Assembly: GCA_017939755.1 (NCBI GenBank)
Contig: JAGBAJ010000038.1
Location: 79,216 to 143,215, forward strand
From: Clostridia bacterium
Lineage (GTDB): Bacteria > Bacillota > Clostridia > TANB77 > CAG-508
Reading direction: 5' to 3'
DNA length: 64,000 nucleotides
Shown: positions 57,033 through 64,000 of the stretch, one piece after another
How positions within the stretch are numbered: the first letter of the stretch is position 1
How the letters are laid out: every line of letters begins with the position of its first letter
Notes under the pieces: model-generated
Databases searched by the model: none
Seen by the model: the letters and a program-made list of their open reading frames with translations, nothing else
Told to the model about the DNA's origin: nothing
Program-made: the position numbers and the translations under genes

Positions 57033-58625
57033 CTAGTAATAAATGTTATAATCTATTTCTGGAAATATACAATCGTACTCCTCAAGATATGCAACAAAAT
57101 TTTCGTCAATATTATTTTGTTTTATCTGATTGTATAATTTAGTAAATCTACCTACATGGTCTTTTATTCTTTTTTTGGCATAGTCTACCATGGTTCCGTT
57201 GGTTATAATAAACAACCAATCACTGCTTTGAGCTAGCAATAATTCTCTAGCACATTGGTTTAATGCTCTTTTTAAAAGAGCGTTATCTGTATTAGGGAAT
57301 AGGTGGGCAAGCTCAATCATCCAATCACCAATTTTATGAAGGTGTCTGTGGGCATAATCATTACTTGGATTTAACCAAACTTCACTATAACCATTGGCTC
57401 CCCAACTAGATCTACAAGGAGTGGCTATCTGAATGTTTGGATAATTATCAATGTATTCTCCAGGTGTGGTTAATTTAAAATTACAATCATCGTAATAAAT
57501 TTTCTTAAATAGAATATATAGCCAATATGGTCCTTCATACCACCAATGTCCATACAATTCTGCATCATAAGGGCATAAGATGATAGGAGGCTTATCCATA
57601 AGTTCACAGATTTTATTTATTTGATTTGTTCGACTATCCAAGAAATGACCTGCTTGCTTTTCTGCTGAGTCATGTGCCCATTGAACGTCATAATAATCTT
57701 TATTTTCAGTTTTTCCAGTAATTCTATGATATTTTATGCCTGTATTTACTCGAACTCCGTTTGAAGCAATATATGGTTTTATATATTCATAGTCTGCATC
57801 ATAACCAATATCACGATAGAATTCTCTATAATTAAAATCTCCAGGATATCCATTTACAGAGCTCCAAACTTGTCTTGATGATTCCATATCTCTTCCAAAG
57901 GCAACAACCCCATCAGGAGAAACAATAGGTGAAAATGTACCATATATAGGAGCTGGATTTGAATATAAGATTCCGTGACTTTCTGTTATTACGTACTGAA
58001 TTCCAAATTCTCTTAGATATTTATCTGCTTCTGGAACATAACCACATTCAGGTAACCATATACCACGAGGTTTTTTTCCAAAATATTTTTCGTATGTTTG
58101 AACTCCAACTGCAATTTGTGCTTTAACTGTTTGCTCAGCGACGTACAAAATAGGAAAATATCCATGAGTAGCACCACAGGTTATTATTTCTAAAACACCA
58201 ATATCTTGAAAATGTTTAAATCCTTGTATAATATTACAATTATATTTTTCTTCAAAAAAATATAAGTCATGTGAATATCTATCGAAATAATAATGTGCAA
58301 GTCTATTTAATCTTTCATCATAAGAGGTTCTTTCTATTTCTTTTTTAGAAAGCTCTATGTGGGATTTTAAGTATTTTATATAACGCTCTTGTAGCAATTT
58401 ATTATCGAGCATATTTAATAATGGTGGAGTAAGTGACATCGTAATTCTAAAATCAACGTGCTCTTGGGCTAATTTTTCAAAGTTCATAAGTAGGGGGATG
58501 TAAGTTTCGGATATTGCTTCAAATAACCATTGCTCTTCTAAATAGTCTTCACTTTCTGGATGATGAACAAATGGAAGATGAGCGTGTAATACAAAACTTA
58601 CAAAGCCTTTTATATTTTTTTTCAT
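57033..58625 (-). CDS. Glycoside hydrolase family 57 (alpha-glucan branching enzyme-like)
   Basis: FVLHAHLPFV, ...ETYIPLL, CGATHGYFP, WLPECGY, YDAELYGHWWYEG are typical GH57 blocks. Confidence 0.88.
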   Translation of the reverse strand: MKKNIKGFVSFVLHAHLPFVHHPESEDYLEEQWLFEAISETYIPLLMNFEKLAQEHVDFRITMSLTPPLLNMLDNKLLQERYIKYLKSHIELSKKEIERTSYDERLNRLAHYYFDRYSHDLYFFEEKYNCNIIQGFKHFQDIGVLEIITCGATHGYFPILYVAEQTVKAQIAVGVQTYEKYFGKKPRGIWLPECGYVPEADKYLREFGIQYVITESHGILYSNPAPIYGTFSPIVSPDGVVAFGRDMESSRQVWSSVNGYPGDFNYREFYRDIGYDADYEYIKPYIASNGVRVNTGIKYHRITGKTENKDYYDVQWAHDSAEKQAGHFLDSRTNQINKICELMDKPPIILCPYDAELYGHWWYEGPYWLYILFKKIYYDDCNFKLTTPGEYIDNYPNIQIATPCRSSWGANGYSEVWLNPSNDYAHRHLHKIGDWMIELAHLFPNTDNALLKRALNQCARELLLAQSSDWLFIITNGTMVDYAKKRIKDHVGRFTKLYNQIKQNNIDENFVAYLEEYDCIFPEIDYNIYY

Positions 58626-58690
58626 TTATAATTCTCCAATATCTTATTTATTTATAACAAAAGCCCTTAAATAGGGCTTTACAACAATTT

Positions 58691-59536
58691 TTAAATAACC
58701 TGAAACATATTAAATCCAGATGAAGGATTATGCTCATATTCGTTATTATCTTGATACAAACCAATTATACTAGAAATATTTTTTTGATTTTTATTAGAAA
58801 TTTTCTTTACTTCTACCTGATTTGTAATTACATTTTTAAAATAAATTTTATTTGGTAATTTCCTTAAAACATGATCGTTAGGTGATTCTAATACATTAGA
58901 GGTTGCTATATGTAAAATATTCGAACTATTTCCAAAGTCGATTTTAGGATTTTTAGTGATTTTTTTTCGCCCAAGTTCAATATTAAATACACAATTACTT
59001 GTAGGTGTTTTTAAATACCAACTATTGGTAAAATCATCAACTTCAATCTCAAAGCTTGAGTTTAATGTTTGATTATGAACAAGTAAAACTGGTTTGGTTT
59101 CGTTAAAGAAAGTATCACCATATTTTTCGATTAAATTTAATCTGTCATCATCAGAAATGTCCCAATAAATAAACAATGAATGAGGTGTTTGGGCTAATAT
59201 TTTTACAATAGTTTGGTTGTATCTATATGGCAAGTCATAGTATTCAGCAATAGGAACAACAGCTTTGTTTTGTTTTTTTATTACAGCCCTTTTTGATGTC
59301 TTTTCCGATTTATTCACAGCATTATTTACAATCAATTTTTTTTCTTTTTGAATTGATCTACTTGTAATCTTTTTGTTTGTTTTAGGTAGTTCTGTAATTG
59401 TATTAGAAACATTTGCAGTTGTTTTAGTTACAGATTTTTTTTCGGTAGATGAAGTTTTTTCTACACTTTTTTTTGTAAGTATTTTAGCGGCAGTTTGCTG
59501 TTTCATTGCTTCATTTTTTTCTTTTGTTTCTTCCAA
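58691..59536 (-). CDS. DUF4912 domain protein with K/T/S-rich N-terminus
   Basis: YDLPYRYNQTIVKILAQTPHSLFIYWDIS is the DUF4912 signature. It is the usual partner of GH57 genes. Confidence 0.75.
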   Translation of the reverse strand: MEETKEKNEAMKQQTAAKILTKKSVEKTSSTEKKSVTKTTANVSNTITELPKTNKKITSRSIQKEKKLIVNNAVNKSEKTSKRAVIKKQNKAVVPIAEYYDLPYRYNQTIVKILAQTPHSLFIYWDISDDDRLNLIEKYGDTFFNETKPVLLVHNQTLNSSFEIEVDDFTNSWYLKTPTSNCVFNIELGRKKITKNPKIDFGNSSNILHIATSNVLESPNDHVLRKLPNKIYFKNVITNQVEVKKISNKNQKNISSIIGLYQDNNEYEHNPSSGFNMFQVI

Positions 59537-59750
59537 GTTTTTAGTCCTCCTTAAGAATATAAATTATTAAACATATACTATATCAAAATTATTATAAATT
59601 CAATAGAAAATTGTAACAAAATGGAAAAAAAAGTAAAATTTTATTTACATTTAAAATAATCTTGTATAAAATAGTTATGATATATAAGATGAAAAAATAG
59701 ATGGTGTATAAAACGTAGAAAACAAAAGATTAGAAAGGGGCATGATTAAC

Positions 59751-61052
59751 ATGAAAATTCTGATGTTAACATGGGAATATCCTCCAAGAATAGTAGGAGG
59801 TATAGCTCGTGTAGTACATGACCTATCACACAGATTGATAAAAGATGGTCATGATGTTACAGTAGTAACATATAAGGACGCTAACATCCCAAATTTGTTA
59901 GATTTTGAAAATGATAAAGGTGTAAAAGTATATCGTGTAGATAACTATATGATTACACCAAACAATTTTACAGATTGGATAATGCAATTAAACTTTAATT
60001 TAATTGCAAAGGCAACAGAGATTATTAATGAGGAAGGGAAATTTGATGTTATACATGCACATGATTGGCTTGTAACATATGCAGCAAAAACATTAAAGCA
60101 ATCATACAAAATACCACTAGTTGCAACAATTCATGCTACAGAAGCTGGAAGAAATAGCGGAATACATGATGATGTTCAAAGATATATTAACGATACTGAA
60201 TGGTTGTTAACATACGAGTCAACAGATGTTATAGTAAATAGTAATTATATGAAATGTGAGTTACAAAGATTATTTGGTTTACCATTTGAAAAAATAAATG
60301 TTATTCCAAATGGTGTTAACTTAAATTTATATAACGGAATAGATAGAGATTACGATTTTAGAAGGCAATATGCAATGGATAATGAAAAGATAATATTGTA
60401 TCTAGGGCGATTAGTATATGAAAAAGGTGTGCAAAATTTAATTTCTGCAATGCCCAAAATTTTAAGTAGTTATAATGATGCTAAACTAGTTATTGCCGGA
60501 AAAGGTGGAATGATTGATGAACTTAGAAATCAAGTTAACTATTTAGGAATTCAAGATAAGGTATATTTTACAGGATATTTAGATCAAAAATCAGTACAGA
60601 AAATGTACAAATGTGCTGATGTGGCGGTATTCCCAAGTACATACGAACCTTTTGGAATAGTTGCACTTGAAGCTATGCTTTCTGGAACACCAACAGTTGT
60701 TTCGGATGTGGGTGGATTAAATGAAATAGTTGAGCATAGTGAGGATGGAATGAAGAGCTATGCAGGAAATCCTAATTCTATAGCTGATTCGGTTTTGGCA
60801 TTACTATATAATCCTCAGTTATGTGATAAGGTTTCGAAAAACGCCAAAACAAAAGTTAAAAATCAGTATAACTGGAATAAAATTGCTCAAGATGTACATT
60901 ATGTGTATGAGAGAGCTATATGTCAAACTGAAGCAGAAAAACAACTAAAACAACTAGAGCAAGAAAGACAAAATAAGGCAACAAAAGCTCAAAATTCAGA
61001 AAAGGAAATATCAAAGTTATTGACATTTAAGAAGAAACATGCGTATGCCTAG
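59751..61052 (+). CDS. GT4-family glycosyltransferase (glycogen synthase-like)
   Basis: MKILMLTWEYPPRIVGGIARVV start and E...FPSTYEPFGIVALEAM (EX7E). Alternative ATG at 59742. Confidence 0.88.
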   Translation: MKILMLTWEYPPRIVGGIARVVHDLSHRLIKDGHDVTVVTYKDANIPNLLDFENDKGVKVYRVDNYMITPNNFTDWIMQLNFNLIAKATEIINEEGKFDVIHAHDWLVTYAAKTLKQSYKIPLVATIHATEAGRNSGIHDDVQRYINDTEWLLTYESTDVIVNSNYMKCELQRLFGLPFEKINVIPNGVNLNLYNGIDRDYDFRRQYAMDNEKIILYLGRLVYEKGVQNLISAMPKILSSYNDAKLVIAGKGGMIDELRNQVNYLGIQDKVYFTGYLDQKSVQKMYKCADVAVFPSTYEPFGIVALEAMLSGTPTVVSDVGGLNEIVEHSEDGMKSYAGNPNSIADSVLALLYNPQLCDKVSKNAKTKVKNQYNWNKIAQDVHYVYERAICQTEAEKQLKQLEQERQNKATKAQNSEKEISKLLTFKKKHAYA

Positions 61053-61059
61053 AAGGATA

Positions 61060-61211
61060 GTGTGAAAGATAATTGATTTTTGCATCGTTAGATTTTATTT
61101 TATATCTAATTTACGTGAAAAAAAGCGTGCCTCATAGATTTGAACATTTACCTTGCAAAAATTCAATTCTTTTTCACACTAAATTTGTACTTAGAAGGGA
61201 TGGAGATTATT
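61060..61211 (+). repeat. Family A MITE-like element plus SD module (copy A3)
   Basis: GTGTGAAAGATAATTGATTTTTGCATCGTTAGATTTT...CCTTGCAAAAATTCAATTCTTTTTCACAC, then TAAATTTGTACTTAGAAGGGATGGAG. Confidence 0.85.
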
Positions 61212-61553
61212 ATGAGTAATGTTTATGACGCAGCCAACAAATTGGCAAGTGAAATAAGACAATCAGAAGAATTTATAAAATATAGAGATGCAAAGAAAAA
61301 GGTTCTTGCTAATCCAGATCAAAAAGAAAGAATTGAAGAATTTGAAAAAATTAGATACGAGGTTCAAGTACTATCAATGGAAAAAGGAGAGAAAAGCCCA
61401 GAAAAAATGCAAAAATTACAAGACTTATATACAATTTTAATTGATAATAAAGACATTAAAGAATATTTCGATTTAGAGGTTCGATTCAATGTTATGGTTG
61501 CTGATATAAACAAGATAATAGCGGAGTCAATGGAAGATATATTTGTAAAATAA
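61212..61553 (+). CDS. YlbF/YmcA-family (UPF0342) regulatory protein
   Basis: VYDAANKLASEIRQSEEFIKYRDAKKKV... The size (113 aa) is typical of the family. Confidence 0.7.
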   Translation: MSNVYDAANKLASEIRQSEEFIKYRDAKKKVLANPDQKERIEEFEKIRYEVQVLSMEKGEKSPEKMQKLQDLYTILIDNKDIKEYFDLEVRFNVMVADINKIIAESMEDIFVK

Positions 61554-61673
61554 ATAAGTTGTTTTAGATATTATATTGTGGTAAAATATCAGAATTATTA
61601 TATAAAATATATGAATTTGAATTAAAAGCACAGCAGGAAGCAAAAAGATAAAGTTATAAAGGAGTAGATAATA

Positions 61674-62435
61674 TTGGAAATTTTAGAATATGGAAAAGAA
61701 AATAAAGATAAAATCATTTTAATACATGGATTTGAGACTCCATATCAGATTTGGGAAAGATATATCGAACACTATAAAAATAGTTTTCACATTATAGTTC
61801 CTATATTACAAGGACACAATCCAAAAGAAAAAGATGATTTTATATCATTTGAACAAAGTGCTAAAGATATAGAAGATTATTATATTTCTCGTTATGGACA
61901 AAATGTATTTGCAATTTATGGAATGTCTATGGGAGGGGTATTAACAGCAAAACTTTGGGAAAATGGAAACTTACATATAGACAAAGTAATATTAGAAAGT
62001 TCGCCTTTAATTTCTTGTAATAGAATAATGACATCAATGATGACAAAACAATATCTTATGCTAACTCATAAAACACAAGCAAGAGATAAAAAAATTGTTG
62101 CACAAGCAGTTAAATCTATTATTCCAGAAGATAAACTAGATGAATTTTTTGAAATGATGGATAATATATCAGACACAACAATTATTAACTGTATAGGACA
62201 AATTGGAAAATATAAATTGCCTAGTAATATAAATACTCCTAATACAGAAGTTTATTATTATTATGGTACTAAAATAAATGAATTACTTGCAAAGAAAACC
62301 GCAAAGTACATTAGAAAAAACTATCCTACCTCAAAAGTAAAATGTTTTGAAGGTAAGGGACATTGCGAAGATTCGATACTTAATCCATCTGTTATGATAG
62401 AAGAATTAGATAAAGTGTTAGGTGTGCAAAAATGA
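61674..62435 (+). CDS. Alpha/beta hydrolase
   Basis: LIHGFE and the nucleophile elbow GMSMGG. TTG start 9 nt after AAAGGAG. Confidence 0.75.
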   Translation: MEILEYGKENKDKIILIHGFETPYQIWERYIEHYKNSFHIIVPILQGHNPKEKDDFISFEQSAKDIEDYYISRYGQNVFAIYGMSMGGVLTAKLWENGNLHIDKVILESSPLISCNRIMTSMMTKQYLMLTHKTQARDKKIVAQAVKSIIPEDKLDEFFEMMDNISDTTIINCIGQIGKYKLPSNINTPNTEVYYYYGTKINELLAKKTAKYIRKNYPTSKVKCFEGKGHCEDSILNPSVMIEELDKVLGVQK

Positions 62436-62868
62436 GATAATACATAATTTCATTATTTACAAACTTCTAATGAAGTAAAGACAGATAGAAGTCAAACAGT
62501 AATTGAAACAAATACAAGAAAAGGAACAGATGAAGTATAAAGATAAATTACAATATTGCAAAAGAATTTTTGTTTGTAAATATAGAAATTGTAATGAATA
62601 CAAAACAAAGATAGTGAGAGTTATAAAAAGTAACTTTCGCTATTTATTTTTGCTAAAAATAAATATTCAATTTGATTAAATTTTCAAATATAGCTGACTA
62701 GAAATAGCTTAAAATATCTCGTTTCACTATAAAATTACTATATTACAGAGCTCCCAAATTTATACCATTAAATAGCAATAGCATATTCATTTTTTTTCCA
62801 ATATACCCTTTTAAATTTACCAAAAATGATATACAATAAGGAAAATTATAGAATATAAGGAGAAAAGG

Positions 62869-64000
62869 ATGAATAAAAAATGGGAATATTGTGACATTAA
62901 TGCTAAAGATGTAGAAGAGATAAAAAATAAATATAATGTAAGTGAACTTGTTGCAACAGTTATTTCAAATAAAAAGTTAACAAGTAGTATAGATGTATTT
63001 TTAAATCCTAGTAGAGGGGATTTTTATGATCCTTTTTTAATGCCAGATATGGAAATTGCAGTAAATAGGATTATGAAAGCTATACAAAACAACGAAAAGG
63101 TTATTATATATGGTGATTACGATGTTGATGGAATAACAAGCATAACAGTTCTAAAAAAATTTTTAAAAGAGCGTGGATTAGAGGTAGATAGTTATATTCC
63201 TAATAGACTAACAGAGGGTTATGGTCTAAATAAGAGCGCTATAGATAAAATTGTCGAAAAAAAATATACACTAATGATTACCGTAGATTGTGGTATATCA
63301 AGTCAAGAAGAAGTTGAATATGCAAATAGTTTAGGATTAGAAATAGTCATTACAGACCACCATGAGCCTGCAGAAACATTACCAAATGCTCTAGCAATTG
63401 TAGATGCAAAAAGAAAGGATAATAAATATCCGTACAATCAACTTGCTGGCGTTGGTGTTGTTTTTAAGGTTATACAGGCTATTTCCCAAAGATATAATCT
63501 TGATGAAAGAGAATACTTAAAGTATTTGGATATAGTTTGTGTCGGAACAATATCCGACATCGTTCCATTGGTAGATGAAAATAGAGTAATATCAAAACTT
63601 GGACTAAAATTAGTTGCGGTTACAAAAAATATAGGACTCAGAGCATTAATTGAGTCAATTGGACCAAAAACAATTGACTCTTCTGTGATATCTTTTGGTA
63701 TTGCCCCAAGAATAAATGCATGTGGAAGACTTGGATACGAACAAGAAGCTTTAGAGCTGTTTTTTACAGAGAACATTGTGAATGCACAAGAAATTGCAAA
63801 AAGATTAAATAGTTATAATAGCGAAAGGCAGCAAAAGGAAATTAAAATTTTTAATGAGTCAATTGAAATGATTGAAAATGGAGAGAAAGATAAATTTTGC
63901 ATTATATTAGGTCATGAAGGTTGGCACCATGGAGTAATCGGTATAGTATCTTCTAAAGTTACAGAAATGTATTATAAACCAAGTATATTAATCGGATTTG
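62869..64000 (+). CDS. recJ: Single-stranded-DNA-specific exonuclease RecJ (5' part; continues past the window end)
   Basis: VIIYGDYDVDGITS (DHH motif I/II), ITVDCGI, ITDHH, GVGVVFK. The frame is open to position 64000. It is absent from the ORF track because no stop lies within the window. Confidence 0.93.
   Translation, partial: MNKKWEYCDINAKDVEEIKNKYNVSELVATVISNKKLTSSIDVFLNPSRGDFYDPFLMPDMEIAVNRIMKAIQNNEKVIIYGDYDVDGITSITVLKKFLKERGLEVDSYIPNRLTEGYGLNKSAIDKIVEKKYTLMITVDCGISSQEEVEYANSLGLEIVITDHHEPAETLPNALAIVDAKRKDNKYPYNQLAGVGVVFKVIQAISQRYNLDEREYLKYLDIVCVGTISDIVPLVDENRVISKLGLKLVAVTKNIGLRALIESIGPKTIDSSVISFGIAPRINACGRLGYEQEALELFFTENIVNAQEIAKRLNSYNSERQQKEIKIFNESIEMIENGEKDKFCIILGHEGWHHGVIGIVSSKVTEMYYKPSILIGF

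Noticed and set aside
56903-57142. ORF 56903-57142 (79 aa) between gpsA and the GH57 gene.
   Set aside because: It spans the repeat/terminator cluster and overlaps the 3' end of the GH57 gene. It has no RBS.

Overview
Low-GC (by eye about 30 % G+C) Firmicutes/Clostridia-type chromosomal window with about 70 genes, most on the + strand. TGA is an ordinary stop codon here (yqfD, whiA). Most of the content is housekeeping and spore-former core:
- tRNA-Tyr and tRNA(CAT), htpG, an rluA-like gene, pdaA.
- yqfC-yqfD-(unknown)-ybeY-era-yqzL-recO, a 6S-like RNA, prmC-whiA-hemW.
- asp23 cluster, nusB-xseA-(insert)-xseB, fhs, sleB, efp, tRNA-Trp, ung, rpmE.
- miaB-mutS, pgsA, ligA, asnB, rpmF, der-plsY-gpsA, a GH57/DUF4912/GT4 glucan cluster, and the recJ 5' end.

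Two things stand out.

(1) The intergenic DNA holds at least three families of structured, MITE-like or mosaic repeats.
- Family A/A' has 24-bp terminal inverted repeats. It always sits in sense orientation directly 5' of a start codon and carries a near-identical 25-nt Shine-Dalgarno module.
- Family R is a rod-like palindrome with compensatory arm substitutions and a conserved asymmetric core.
- Family B is modular and led by a hairpin.

(2) Two clusters of uncharacterised genes share a paralogous small protein.
- A cassette co-oriented with ligA at 43.6-46.5 kb has an amidoligase-like 577-aa core plus a DUF4116 repeat protein.
- A 743-aa protein at 49.9-52.1 kb is built from at least 7 tandem NUMOD1-like HTH modules.

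Other oddities:
- an HExxH protein split by a single in-frame TGA;
- a G+C-rich islet encoding an 80-aa membrane protein;
- a frameshifted pdaA 3' end;
- 33-bp tandem repeats around gpsA;
- a half-degenerate CIRCE operator upstream of htpG.

No CRISPR array, transposase, integrase or rRNA was seen.
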